DNA from: Schmidtea polychroa
Lineage: Eukaryota
Direction of reading: 5' to 3'
NCBI GenBank assembly: GCA_044892525.1
Contig: CM097886.1
Location: forward strand, 101,060,001-101,124,000
DNA: 64,000 nt
The position numbers were made by a program, and so were the translations under genes. The stretch's first letter is position 1. Each line of letters opens with the position of its first letter. Shown in pieces: positions 38,870 through 52,688 of the stretch. The notes beneath the pieces were generated by a model that was not told where the DNA came from, did no database searches, and worked only from the letters and a program-made list of their open reading frames with translations.

Positions 38870-39910
38870 TATATAATCTTGGCCTTATTCATGTACATGG
38901 AAACATGCTTGCAGATAGGTGTTTAGAAATTTTGAAGTCGAAATTATCTTTGGCTTCCCTTTGATTTAAATGACTGTATCGCCATTACTACTAATGGAGC
39001 TGCGGTAATAAAACGATTTGGACAACTTTCACAGATTCGACATCAATTATGTATAGCGCATGGCATACAACTTACACTCTACAACTTAAACTTTTGTACA
39101 AAACGGGAGTCAACTGTGTAGCAAGAAGATGAAAATGGACTAATAGCGAACCCAGATGAAATTTTTTCCTATTATGGTGATGAAACTGAGTCTGATAAAT
39201 GAATATGTGTTAATTTATACATAATCTGAAATTCATATTAAAAACACAGATGTGCATTGTTTGAAAAAATTGATAGAAAAAATTAGAAGTCGTCAAAACT
39301 TTCAAAAAATCTCCCACTGTAAATGAGGATAAAATGATTCAGTTTTACAAAAACATGTGAAGGTTATGCTTGTGAAAGAAAAATCATTAATTTTAGATGC
39401 CAAAACCAGATGGAACAGTCTCCTGGATATGCTCGAACGATTTTACGAATTACGTGATTGTGTCCGAAAAAGCTTGATCGACTTAGAAGAAAATTTTAAC
39501 TTTTATTCTGCAGAAATAAATTTATTATCTGGAATTAAAAAAACCAATCAAAGTGGCAGCCGAAACATTATGTTGTGCAAATGCTAATTTAATAATTGCC
39601 AATGTCACATTAAAATTTATGCTAGACGAATTAACAAAGCAAAGTCTACCATTAAGTGTTGAAATGAAGGATGCATTAATTCTTGAAATAAAAAAAGGCG
39701 AAGTATATATTCTGATGTTCTGGAATAACTTCATAATCCTCAGCAAGAGCTAAATGTGAGTGAGGATAGTTTATTTAACAGCACTGCAAAAAAGTTCCAT
39801 TTTGAAGCATATTATTTAACTTGCACAGCGATTTGAACAAAATGAATATATTCCAACCGTAGCTGACCAAGAACCGAATGAACACGACAATCTTGAAAGT
39901 AACGATTGCG
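38870..39910 (+). mobile_element. Decayed hAT transposase
   Basis: NLGLIHVHGNML, TT(N)GAAV, CIAHGIQL and ILDAKTRWNSLLDMLERFYELRDCV are hAT catalytic and dimerisation motifs, with multiple stops and frameshifts. Confidence 0.85.
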
Positions 39911-40422
39911 TTTTTGTATTTATCATTTAAAGACAAACGGCATGACATAATTAATAACGTCAAATACTACCAAAAACGGACCTGATGGTCTTGAAATTAA
40001 ATTATGCAAAAGATTTTTTCTTTTTCTAATCGATTATACTGCCACCAATATCTTTAGCCAGGCCTTTCTAATAGTCATCATTCTCTTAAGTCTAGTTTGC
40101 GGTACTTAATTCAATTTGTTTCGTATGTAACTTGTTGCGGGTTTTTTATTTTTAATTTAGTGTTGTTTTATTTGATGTTCTTTTATTTTTGTCAACTTCT
40201 TGCATTTTCTCAAGTTAAGCTAGCTCACTTTGGCATGTTTTCGGGATCTCTTAATTTTTTTTTGGATTACTTACCATTTCGATCCGATTATGTAAATTGA
40301 CATTGATATGTTGGCCATTGTAAGGGAATCAATTAACAAATATGTGACTTCTCGTGTTTGGCTGGAATAGAAAAGTTTTCAAATTTATCATTTCAATATA
40401 AAGATAAGACAACAAATTATTT

Positions 40423-42209
40423 TTATCTGTTAAACTTATCAAGAATCCTTCGAACATTTCTGACAGTTTCCATTACAGTGTATTTTGCTTGCCCCTTTGA
40501 AACACTAAAAGAACCGTGAATAGCCCGCACATTTGTCTTGTCGAGAATCTCTTGGATATTTAATTCGGTTATTCCTCCTCCTAAATAGACGTTGAGAACT
40601 GTATGGAAAGAAGAAATCAACATGAGTCGGAAGGATGAATTAACGTAAATAAACTGAGTTAGCAGGGAAACCCGGAAAAGTCTATATTGGCATCTGGAGA
40701 TGAGTGTCCATTGGTTACGGTGTTAGCAATATTTAATTGATAAATAACTGTATGAGCTTATCGAATGGATTGTTTAATTATGGCGGAGATATGTTGCTGA
40801 TAAGCATTATTCCACCGTGGGTTAAGATGCAAGATTTGGCCGATCTGACCTCATCATCACAAGGTCAAACCAATCAATATGGACAGCGAGGAGTGATAAT
40901 AATTATTCCTAAAGCTGGGACAGCAATATTTCCTGGGATAGTGAACTCACAATGTGAGATCGATCATCATGTATCGTAGCGAGTGTGTCACCCTACCGTC
41001 TGGAACCCCTCCAAATATGCAGTAGCGAGTGTGTGACCCTACCGTCTGGAAGCCCTTCCACATATACAGTAGCGAGTGTGTCACCCTCCCAGGAACTCCT
41101 TCAACATGTACAGTAGCGAGCGTGTCACCCCCAGAACCCCCTCAACATGTACAATAGCGACTGTCACCCCCTCAACATGAACAGTAGCGAGCGAGTCACC
41201 CCCAGAACCCCCTCAACATGTACAGTAGCGAGCGAGTCATCCTCCCCAGGAACCCCCTCAAAATATACAATAGCGACTGTCACCCCCTCAACATGAACAG
41301 TAGCGAGCGAGTCACCCCTCCTTCACATAGACCCACAAACCTACCTGCCATAATCTGAATCCCACTCGATGCCACCTAAATATGTTATCAATATCGATAC
41401 TAAGAACATTCCACCTTCCCGCCCAATTGCCGAATTACATCGGACCCCTCCAATGCGCCGGGGTGACCCCCGCTGGTCAATACACGAAATGTACGGTGGA
41501 AATGTTTGTACCGGTTAGCCAGTTCAATAAGGCTATTGATCGTGATCAGAGGATCCTTGCTAGCGTCAATGGCTAGATAAATAAGGATTAATAATAACAT
41601 CAATATCAACTGTACACCCCTGTGAAATGTAATCGGGTAGCTGCCAATCCGCTCTGTGCCGTAAATTTCATGGTAATATCGAGTCAGACAACAAAAATTT
41701 ACTCATCAACAAGCCCGTCTGGTCGACTGATATCTCGCCGGATCTGAAAACGAAGATAAGTGATTTGTTCACATGACAAGAATGGAAATATTACTCTTGT
41801 AAACACCCAATAACAAATCCATCGGCATATTCTTTCAAATGATCGATGTCACAAAGCATGATGTCCAACTCATCGTTGTCATAAACGAAATCTCCTGATC
41901 GCGGCCTTATTATAACGTAACTTGGAATGCAACAAAGTTCCTTTATTTTCCGACAAAATCCAATAGATGGAGTCAGGCCGTCACAGTGCAATCCATAGCA
42001 TAATTCGAGTCTATCAGCACCTAAATTTTGTATTAATTTATATTTATGATATTAAAATGCAATATCAAAATGCAATCCAGAATGAATTGTCATAAATACC
42101 ATAAATATTAACTTTATAATTATTAATAATTCTGATCATTAGAGAACTAACCACCATTAACAGCTGCTTTAGCGGAGATTAATGAATCAACACAAACTTC
42201 TAACTCCAT
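40423..42209 (-). CDS. CUTC: Copper homeostasis protein CutC homolog
   Basis: Exons 42209-42152 (MELEVCVDSLISAKAAVNGG), 42020-41795 (ADRLELC...GLTPS...IRPRSGDFVY...ADGFVIGCL), 41743-41703, 41653-41618 (YPITFHR), 41572-about 41410 (AID...RVLTSGG...ALEG) and about 40600-40423 (GGGITELNIQEIL...IHGS). The boundaries of the last intron are uncertain. Confidence 0.93.
40973..41325. repeat. GC-richer minisatellite (variable 30-50 bp units, about 9 copies) in the last CUTC intron
   Basis: Core CAGTAGCGAG(T/C)G(T/A)GTCACCCC...CCCCTCAACATG, with a higher-order duplicated block (CAATAGCGACTGTCACCCCCTCAACATGAACAGTAGCGAGCGAGTCACCCC occurs twice). Confidence 0.9.
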
Positions 42210-42915
42210 TTCGTATTGTGATAATAAGTTTAAATCAAATCAACCGCAAAATGTTAAATATTATTTAAAGAATAATCATTTAAATATTTGATTGTTAAAA
42301 ATTAAATCACATAATTCAGTTTAAGTAGAATAAAATTACTATATATATATTTTCCGCTTTTATTGCTGGCATTCTAAATAAGAGTGCATAAAAGTTAATG
42401 AGAAAGTTCATGCGCAAGTGAATTGGGTACCTAGTTGGAACAGTCCATATTGCAATCCACTGTAAACTTAAAGTTGGTAAAATATATAAGTATTATGAAA
42501 TAATATAGAGAATTAGTTTTCCTGATTTACTTAAAATGAATTCAATATATTGAGTAAAGTTTTTAATAAGCATTGATTTTAACAAGAGAATCTTTTCCCT
42601 CTGGGTCAGCATCAATGTAACATTGTACAACTTAAGCACTACATAAATCCGGGCGCAGGATTTAAGATCAGAAAATTCCTAATAAACTTGAATAACTTTA
42701 TCAACAAAATGTGATTGATCCCCAAAAAATAGAAATTGTACGAAGGTTTCCACTAAATCAAATAATTTTTCTTGTATATCTAAAAAATAAAGCGAAAAGA
42801 CAGAAATAATCAAGAAATTAAATAAGAAAATTGTTAACAGAATTTCGAAAAATCTTATTTATCAATAACTTCACAAAATTTCATTAAATAGCAAACAAAT
42901 CATTTATTTTTCAAG

Positions 42916-43489
42916 TTAATTATTTTGTGATTTTCCTGATTTTATTTCCTTAAATGGCACATCAGTGGGGCCATATAAATTCCACATTTCTTCAAGACTT
43001 CGTTTCATGGCATAAGCATCTTCTCCGTCCCCATAATACTTGGCTTCAACTTCACTTATAGTAAATCCAAGTGTTTTTTCATACAAATGCAAAGCGGCTC
43101 GATTGCTTCTTCTGACATGAAGAGAGACATATCTAGATTGAAATGTTTCAACCATCGCACGGCAAGCTTGGTTCATTAACTTTTGTGCCAATCCTAGACG
43201 ACGATGGGATTTCTTAACAGCCAACGATGTAATGTGACCATGAGGTATATCGTCTGATTCTTCTTCCATTTTTGATAAAACATAACCAACAATTTCGCCA
43301 TCTGGAGCTTCAGCAACATAAGACAATTGAGGCCAGGAAAGCCCATGATAAAAATAATATTTCATTTGATAATTTTCGGGCAAGCATTGCAAATTGCAAT
43401 CTTGCATATTTAATAAATCACCTGGCTAATGAAAATATGAGTAACATTTAATAAAATATAATAATTACTCTGCAATTTCTAATATTCAT
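42916..43489 (-). CDS. NAA10: N-alpha-acetyltransferase 10 (NatA catalytic subunit, ARD1)
   Basis: Exon 1 is 43489-43469 (MNIRNCR), followed by a 43-nt GT-AG intron (43468-43426). Exon 2 is 43425-42916 ([23 protein letters not shown]...HGHITSLAV...[16 protein letters not shown]...[14 protein letters not shown]). Confidence 0.98.
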
Positions 43490-44379
43490 TTCACGCAATT
43501 AAATTCGTGGTGAATTTAAACAAATTTCAATAATTCATCAAAATGAAAATCTGCATAAATCTGGGAAATTGTGTATAACATAAAGGTTATTTCAATAATT
43601 AAATTTTCTTTATTTGAATTAAGACATAATTATTTATATTTTTATTATTAAATTTCCACTTGTGGTAAATTAATAAATTTGATTAAAATAATATTTGAAT
43701 AAAATTTTCAATGAAATAAATTTATCAGTAAAATACTTTTATTTTTTCACTATTCTCATTTTAATTTGATATTAAATATGATATTAAGTGGTCGGTGAAA
43801 GCAAACGAAATATTAAATAATATTTAGGGAAAAAATTGAAATAAAGGAAATTTTAAGAATCATCTAAAAATTTGCTATAGATCTGATAATTTGTTCTTAA
43901 TATATTCATAGAAATTCTAAATCAAGACGCTCCTTCTTCAATTCTTAAATGAGCGAAGAAAACAGGACCAAATACATGAAATCACTGAACAAACACTTTG
44001 AGTGACTTTAATCTTATGTAACCTGGCACGAAATCTGAACAACTGTAAATGCATATAGGAGATTACAAATGTAAGGATCTTTCAGGTTTGTTATCGACGA
44101 TTGTAACTGTCCCCCAGTCTCTTAATAAATTTTATATCAATAAAGATCTGCTCTTACGAGACAGATTGGTCCTTTTAACGGGACGAGCTTCAGCCAGTAG
44201 CCAAAACTAAGCCAACATTTGTAGTTTTCTCTAATTTCTTAGCCCTGTCTCGAACACAACGCTTGTTATTGAATATCCTTTCGTATATCGGTATGAGTAG
44301 AACAGCTGTTGCGCAGATATGTATTCATTCGGTATTCTGTTTTTTATTTCGCTTCTTTGTTCAGTTTTCGTGATATTTT

Positions 44380-47300
44380 ATTCAATCTTTGTAGGTAAGA
44401 CAAGACAAGGCAACAAAAAGAGATACCCAGAAACAAAATTAAAAATAAAAAGCCATGACGATGCATAAAAGGACCATAACACGGCAAAAAAAATGTAAAA
44501 CATTACAAGGCATGAATGTATAAAAAATAATAAAACAGCTAAGCCATTTACAAGGCATAATAAAAAGAATATATATGTGTACTTTTATACATATCTATAT
44601 GCATAATTATTTATAAATAGATGATAGTTATGAAAATTAGTTTGCATAAGATAATTATTATAATAGTTACCTTTTTATATAATTTTGTTTAATATATGGT
44701 CCATGTATATGTTGTATGCTGCTATCACTGCTGTTTTTATGCATTTTTAGATAGTGCGTCTATTTCTTTATCATTAAGTCCTATTTTTCTTAATGGTTTA
44801 TTGTTTTCATTATCCCATGTACCTAGTGTTCCTACAACTAATGCAGATAATGTACTTTTTGTTTTATTAGTCTTAGCAGTCTCAAGAGCCAGGCTTCTAT
44901 ATTTCTCAAAGTTAGCATCTCTAATTGCTACAAAGTTTTCTAATGTGTCGTAAGGCACTTTTATATCTAATAAATGAATTTTATTATTTGTTTTAGATTT
45001 AATAATTAAGTCGGGTTTTAATGTTGTGGCAACTCCTGGAGGAGCTTTCTCTATATCTACTTGAAATTGTTTAGATTTTAGGTATTCTTGCATTACTTCT
45101 AAAACATGGTTATGTTTATTTCTCCTTGCATTTTGAGTGTGCGTGTAATGGTTAAAGATGTGTGCTTGTGTTTCCCAGTCTATTTTACATAACCTACATA
45201 GTATATTTTGTTTCTCTTTATGTCTATTAATACTATAGTTTAGACTGAGAATATTATTTCTTGCTTTAACCAAAAAGTAGTACTGATTGTCTGTTAATTC
45301 ATGCTTTTTAATCAGGTATGCTGATTGGTTATTACTTCCTATTGTCTTGGCGATATGTCTTTGGTGTATCATCGAGTACCATTTATCAGCATACCACTTA
45401 CTAGTTAATGTATGTAGTATTGAGGATGTGTCCTAGAGGTTGTTATAATTTATATAGTTTATTGTATTATCATAACTAATTTCCAAAGCGAAACAACCAT
45501 CAATAATTACAATTCTACTAATAATGTTAAATTTTTCACGTAATCGTTTATTGGAATCCCTAAGTTTTGAAAAAAGGCAAAAAGATCGACTCCCTTAATG
45601 TCAAAGTTAATCCATTTTAGTTCTTTATTAAGGTTTATCTCCTTATTGTGCGATCGTTGTTTTACCGCATCAATAAGTTCCCCTATTATAAAATCCCTCA
45701 TTTTAATGTCGCTGGAGTTGAATAGTTTTATAAAATGAGTAATACTCTGTATTAAGTATTCATCAATTGTAGGTGTAATTCCTAACCCTCCCAAAGAGCA
45801 ATGTGCATAGATGAAGAAGTCATTTAGATTTTGGTGTATATCTCCTAATTCATTTTTTATTATTTTTTTTACTTTTTGGTCGAATCCTAGTTGTTTTTCT
45901 CTATTTTGGACAATTTTATTTCTATTACTATCTAAAATTATATGATTAATTGTAAAAGTACGAAAAGGGAATATAAATCTCGAATGAATGAATTATATGC
46001 GTCAATTTTTTGCGCTGGATGTAGGTCTGATGAAAAAATCTTTTGTGTTTCATCCAGTGCTTTATCTACTATTTTTTCTATGCTGTGTTTCGCTTTTCGC
46101 CAAAGCCTACTCCTAGATATCTATATATATTGTCTTTATTTATGATTGGTATGGGTTCATTATATATTCTTAATGGGGTGTCAGTATGATTTTTATGATG
46201 TTGAAAATAACCGCACTTATTGGGTTTAAACTTAAGACCTGCCTTATCTGCAAGTTCTGTTATTTTACTTAGCTTGTCTACAATGGTGTTTCTCGACTCT
46301 GATTTCTCGACTCAATATCATCAGCATACGCCAATATGCTGACATTGTAATTATTAATGTGTAATGGGTAATTTATTAGTATGTCCTTAAGTATAAAGTT
46401 GATGGAAAGACAAAATAATGTCATTGACATTGGGCATCCTTGTCTGACCCCATTATTTATTTTAATGTTTTCAGTTAGTTGACCTTCACAGTCATAGTAT
46501 GTATTGCATTCTATATATAGATTTTTAAGTATACCTAATGTGTTATCATTCATCCCTAAGTCAGTCAATGTTTGCCAAATCAACTTGTGTGGCACACTGC
46601 CACACGCGACTGCTAGATCTAACCATATAATATTAATATCTTTATCTATGCGCACTGCTCTTTGTTTTATTAGTGTCAGAACAGTGTTATGTTCAGAACA
46701 TCCATCTGGGATCCTTATAGCTTTTTGGTTTCTACTTATAAAATTTTCTACTTTTATCCACTCTAATAATCTTTCATTAATTATTGCTGAAAAAATCCTA
46801 TATGAGGTATCTAGAATTGCTAATGTTCTCCATGATGAGACATCATGACTAATATTTGCCTTACCTGGTTTTATAATTAATTTAGTTTTAAAAGTTTTCC
46901 AGGTAATGGGCGTAGAATTATTATATATAATATTATTAAAAAGAGCGCAGAACAAAATGAATTGTGGATCTAAATGTTCCCAGTCCCTATAAGTCAATTT
47001 ATCCCTTCCTGGGGCTGATCCATTATTTAATTTTTTAAAATTATAACTATATCATTAATTGATATAATTTTTAATATAGTATTTTCAATATTTATTTTGT
47101 TATTACTAATACCTGGACAATTAGCAATTCTAACCTCATTACTAAAATTACTGATGATTTTTTCCTTTGGAGGAGGTTTTAATTTAATAGCATTGTTAAA
47201 AATTTGATTAATAGTTAGTTTTGGTTTTTTAATATAATTATTTCTTAGTTCATAAGTCAAAAGCCTAAGTTTAATACTATCTCTTATATCAGGGCTTTTC

Positions 47301-50130
47301 AAACTGGGGTCCGTGAGCGATTTTATGAGGGTCCGTAAATATATGAAATTTATTTTATAAAACGTATTTAGTTAATGTTCTATAATAATTTCTTTTTAAT
47401 AAATTTAATTTTATAAAAATATTAATAATTATATATCAGGTTTTACAAACAAAATAGTAATTTTTTAGTAAAATGGTCCGTAAACTAAGTGTAATAAAAA
47501 TTAGGGGTCCCTTGTTTAAAAAGTTTGAAAAGCCCTGTCTTATATCAATCGAGAAATTTTGCTTAATAAATTTATTTGGAGAAGTTGCCTCGTGTATTTT
47601 AAAAATCTCTTGTAACGCTTTTTCTGGTAGAATGTAATTATTATTTAATTGTAAAGCTATATCGTCTATAAATTTCTTATATTTTCCTATATTATCATAT
47701 GGTAATCTATCGTTAATAGTTATTTCTCTTATTATTTCTCTTATTATTTCTCTTAAGTTTCTTATCATTTCGTTAATATTTGGTCTACTAATCACTTTGC
47801 TTTTTCTCATTAGACAAAAGGCAAAATGACATATATAGAAACCTGACTCTTCACAATTATTGGTTATTGGATATTGTAGTTCAGTGGGTGTTATTACTGT
47901 TGGGTTTATTATGTTTTGGAGATTAATAATTGTACTTAATATACTATCAATAATAATTTGGTGTTTATTTAAGCTATTCCCACAAGTAGGATCCAATAAT
48001 GGTAGCAAATTTATTCTGTTTATCTAAAAAGAAAATAGCCCATATTTTTCCCTCTATGTTAAGTGGCCAGATTATCTCATTCCAATTCGGATATTGGTTG
48101 AAAGGAAATGTGTTAAAAAAGGTAATAAAATTTTTTCTAATTAATGCTATTCCTATAAAACTGTCAATTATTATGGTAGTTTTGTTTTTTACAAATGCAT
48201 GCAAGTATAGTTTTATAGTGTGTTGTCCTAGTCAATGTAGACTTAGGTCTGTATTTGTTACTGGAATGTCATCAGGAATTATATTAATGTTATTATCTAT
48301 TGGTGTAATACCTATATGTTTATTGAATTGTTCTAGTTTGTTGTGGGTTTCTATTGTCTCACCACAGTAACATGTGATTAGATTGCTATTGCATGTTTTA
48401 TTCTTATGCTTGCTGTTGATATGTTTATCAATTTCATTTTGTGTTGATCTAATGCTTAGGTTATTTATGCATGTTTTCCTAAGTATTTTGTTATTACAGT
48501 TGATCGTACCTTCTTCGTTTATTGTTAATGTAAGTTCTTTGTGCTTTATTATAGTCATCTCTCTAGATAGAGGGATTGGTAGATCTTTATGTACCTTATT
48601 TATGTGCTCATTAATTTTATTTAATAAGAAAGTACTTTTAATTATACTAGAGCACTGTGAGCATATCACACATTGAAAAGTGTAGTTTTAATCAATTTCT
48701 ACTGTATGTACTATTAATCTATGTTTAGCCTGGTCTAGTTGCATCTATCTTACCTTTACAGCTAGAGCTGCAACATATAAGGTAGCCATCACTCCTCAGT
48801 TTAAAGATTGGCTCCTTTGCTGGTCTTAGTGTCATTTTATTAGCTTTTATGTTTTGGGGTTCGGATGTTATTGTTTCATTGCTTTCTATTATTGGTAAAA
48901 AATTGACAATATTTGTAGGAATGGCATTTTCAAATGTCAACATATTATTATAATCATTTTTTGGTGTCGGAATTAATATATTATTATGGGCTATAATCTT
49001 TGTTTTACCTAATACATCCAAATTTTTCAAGACGTTAATGGCTTCAAAAGTTTGGGTGTTCATTTGTGACGGCTTATCACCATAATCATCAGCACTATAA
49101 CCCATGGTTGCATTTTGAGTGTTAGTCGGAGTGTTCTCGAATAGGTCTGTGCTTGAATTAATTTCGGGGTTCTCGTTAATAATTGTTAATGGGCTAAGAA
49201 AAACCATATATGGGACTGTATATAGTTATTGTTGTAATGATTTTACTTATGCTATCGTTAGGAGACTTAGATTCACAATCAGAAGGACACTCTCTAGTCA
49301 TATCAACGTCAGGATCTACATTTTGGTAAATTTGATTTTGGGCTATCTATGTGGATTTTACTATTTATTGCAGGTGGAATATTTTCATTTACAGTATCAA
49401 TTGGTTCAGTAGTATCAGATTCAGAGTCAGAAAGAATCCCTGCGTCAAGATCTACGTTTTCATTTAAGTTATCTGAGTTTTTATCTCTTAGTAGTTCATA
49501 TCTGTTATTCCTATTAGGGTCGATATCAGTGTTTATTTTCATTGTGGATTTATGAGGACGATTTATTAAAGATTTGCGTGGTTTTGGTATGGGTGGTGAT
49601 CTAGAAGGTTCAGGTGATGTCGTTGTTTTGTCTTTGGTTTCTATTTGTGGTGTAATAGGTTGCAGCGCTGATGATTTTTTTGATGGTTCTTGATTATTAT
49701 TGAAAATAAATGAATGAAGTTGGTCAAATTTAATACTTAAAATATAGAAATAATCAGTAATAATATTATAGTTAATATTTTTATTATTTTTATGCAGTTG
49801 TTTGTGTAGGTCTCTAAATGTTGGTTCCTAAGGTTTGTTGGTTGTTTTCTAATTCTGTTATTATCTTTATCACTATTATTAGGTCTATTAAAGAATCTTA
49901 CTTTGGTGGTATTAAATGGAAGTTTTTTGTTTCTATTATCTGGTTTTAATATTTTAATCAAAGTCGCATAATCCTTATTCATCTCATTAAAAAAAATTGT
50001 AAATGTTTCTTTGATTACCTGGTAGTAGTTATTTAGTTTACTGAATTGGGGTTGTATATCCGCAAAACATTTTTAGTGAGACGGCCGCAGGCCGGCGAGC
50101 TGCGTAAAGGCAGTTTTTCGTCCCTCGAAA
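44380..50130 (-). mobile_element. Decayed RLE-type non-LTR retrotransposon (NeSL/R2-like) with zinc fingers, Ulp1-like cysteine protease, RT, CCHC and restriction-like endonuclease
   Basis: Cys/His fingers at 48232-48725. Protease-like IIWPLNIEGKIWAIFFLD...NNCEESGFYIC at 48204-47800. RT motifs WRTLAILDTSYRIF, QKA, DGCSEHN, WLDLAVACGSVPH, GVRQGCPMS, YADD at 46278-46997. GGLGI at 45790. CRLCKIDWETQAHIFNH and KPDLII...LLDIKVPYD...KY..L...VVGTLGTW at 44737-45372. Many frameshifts. Both ends are approximate, and the 5' end may extend to about 55900-56370. Confidence 0.9.
47290..47537. mobile_element. 248-bp hAT (Buster/Charlie-type) MITE inserted in the non-LTR element
   Basis: TIRs CAGGGCTTTTCAAACT / AGTTTGAAAAGCCCTG. 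Perfect 8-bp TSD TCTTATAT (47282-47289, 47538-47545) with a central TA. Confidence 0.95.
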
Positions 50131-50382
50131 GGTTTTCATGGTTTTCGTAGGTTATGAGGTTTGGATTATATTTAAACAAATTATTTTGATTTTTAATATT
50201 TTTTTCAAGAATGTATTTTTCATTTTTATTTTTGTAATTTCTATTTATAAAATTATTTAAAGCATTGGTATTAAAAATTTCGGGATTTTCTATTTCTATA
50301 TTATCTTTGGTAAAAATATCATTATTAAAGTTAAATCCATCTTTAAATCCATCTTTAAATTTCTCAGCAAAAGTCTTGAAAC

Positions 50383-50446
<64 letters not shown>

Positions 50447-50531
50447 ATCAAAAGGATTTATAAAATAATAAGTTTTTAAATTTTTCACAAAAACCGCCAC
50501 TCCAATTATTAAAACAACAAGATATCTAACT

Positions 50532-50542
50532 CTCCCCTTCTT
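50532..50542 (-). other. Polypurine tract of the gypsy element
   Basis: AAGAAGGGGAG lies immediately 5' of the 3' LTR on the minus strand. Confidence 0.85.
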
Positions 50543-51906
50543 AAGACTTTTTCCACTTATTCAGCCACTCAATTCTCCTTTCTTTCGTTCCTTCTTGTGA
50601 ATGTAGTTCGACTCGATGAGATGATAGAAATCTGACGATTTTATATGGCCATCGTATTGCATACCATCTTTGTGCCTGTTCTGCGGCTCTTTACGTACGA
50701 GTACCTCCTCCTCCACCTCGAAAACACGAGTGCCCCTCTTTGTCTTCTCCATAGCTCTCATAGTGTCTGCGGCTTTACTCGAGTTAAATCTCGCGTCTTC
50801 GATTCTTTCGCTTCTTGATATCTCGACTTGTTTCAGGTTAGAGTGTAGGTTGACACTCCGTCCATAAATTATCTCAAATGGTGATAAACCTGTAGCACTT
50901 TGTCGACTGCTATTTATAGTGAACTTTATTCTGGGTAGAAGTTCGTGCCAGTTTCTCTCTTTACATCCACCTGCCAATGTTGCTGTAATAAGATCTCTTA
51001 TCGTTTGTATGGCTGGTTCGGCTAAACCATTTGATTGGTGCTGGTAAGGTGAGCTGAATTCCTGTTTCAATTCCAAGTTTCTGTAGCTTCTGTCTTATGA
51101 AATTCCCTTCGAAATTTCGGCCTCTATCTGTTAAAATGGTCTTCGGTTTTCCAAATCGATAGATCCAACTATTAAGTATTGTTTTGAAAATTGTCCCTTC
51201 GTCTTGCTTTGTGATTGCAGTTAAAGAAATCAGTTTGCTAAAACTGTCCACTATTACTACCATATATTTATATCTTTATCGCATCCAGATGTTGCAGCGT
51301 ATAATGGTTCGGCGATTTTGGCATAGTCGTTGATGAATCTTCTATAGTAGTTCGTTAATCCGAGAAACGATCTCAATTGTTTTGAACATTTTGATACTTC
51401 TGCTTTCTCAATCTCTTCCACTTGCTTCCTGTTTGTCTGTATACCCTTCTCGTTAACTGTGTGACCAAGGAAACAAAAATCTGTTTTATTGAATTTGCAT
51501 TTTTCTGGATTTATCTTCAGTCCTGCCATTTGAATTCTTCTGAATATTTCCCTTAATAGCTCATCGTGGTCTTTTTGAATTTTATCATATACCAAGATAT
51601 CATCTAGATAAACTACTACTCCCTTGAATAGCATTCCTTCTAGCACTGTCTGCATCAGTCTCTGGAATGTCGCAGGGGCTGTTGCTAAGCCAAACGGTAG
51701 TCTATTGAAGCAAAACTGTCCTTCTCTTGTACTGAATGCAGTCATTTCTTGAATTTCTAGAGCCAACTCCACTTGATAATACGCTTGACCTAAATCGATT
51801 AACGAAAATATTTTTTCATTCGCGAGACAGTCTAGTAAGAATTTGGTGTTAGGCATCAGAAATGACTCTTTTTCTGTTATGGAATTCAATCCACGATAAT
51901 CTACAC

Positions 51907-52688
51907 CAGATATGTCAAACTTGCGGCCCACAATGTATAACTTTGTGGCCCACTTGATATATCAGTACAAAAAAACAAAACAAAACTTAAAAATAAAATT
52001 TTCTATGTAATCACTTCTTATAACTGCTACATTTAGTTTTTATCGCCCATTAAACAAAAAGTTAAGGAAACGAACCCCAAAAATCTAGTTAGGGTGCGAA
52101 AATAAATTCTGGTTTGTCGTACTATACCGAGGTACGTTGGTTATCCTGCTCCAAGGTTCTCAAACAATTTTGGGATTTGAAAGACGAAATATATCAGTTT
52201 TTAACATAAAAGAAACAAGACATCACCTTGTTTTCTGATACAGTGTGGTGGCAAGATTTATCTTTTATGGTTGATATAACGAAACGTTTATCCGATTTAA
52301 ATTTGAAACTGCAAGGAAAGGATCAAATCATTACAAACATGTGTGACCAAGTTAATGCATTCAAATGTTNNNNNNNNNNNNNNNNNNNNNNNNNNNNNNN
52401 NNNNNNNNNNNNNNNNNNNNNNNNNNNNNNNNNNNNNNNNNNNNNNNNNNNNNNNNNNNNNNNNNNNNNNNNNNNNNNNNNNNNNNNNNNNNNNNNNNNN
52501 NNNNNNNNNNNNNNNNNNNNNNNNNNNNNNNNNNNNNNNNNNTTTTGTTGAGTTTTTAATTAAATAAATATTAACGTCGGTGTTTCAGACTCCAAATGTT
52601 CTGAAAAACAATTATTTATGTTGCGGCCCGCCGGCTCATGATACTAGTCTAATGCGGCCCGCAGGCCAGTTTGAGTTTGAAACCCCTG
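51907..52688 (+). mobile_element. Internally deleted hAT Buster/SPIN-type transposon inserted in the gypsy RT
   Basis: TIRs CAGATATGTCAAACT / AGTTTGAAACCCCTG with 8-bp TSD ATCTACAC (51899-51906, 52689-52696). Transposase remnants EVRWLSCSKVL and WQDLSFMVDITKRLSDLNLKLQGK. It splits the RT motif MCVD|YRGLN. Confidence 0.93.

Noticed and set aside
1920-43489. Non-canonical splicing or an alternative genetic code
   Set aside because: All visible introns I could delimit in HYDIN, CUTC and NAA10 are GT-AG (the last CUTC intron was not resolved), and the spliced frames are open under the standard code.
43780-44400. Spliced-leader, U2 snRNA or tRNA target gene at the 3' flank of the NeSL-like element
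   Set aside because: No match to U2, to the flatworm SL sequences I recall, or to tRNA A/B boxes.
50070-50130. HDV-like ribozyme at the non-LTR element 5' region
   Set aside because: A GC-rich hairpin and a GGGAC/GTCTC pairing exist, but the nested double pseudoknot and the J4/2 catalytic C motif could not be built.
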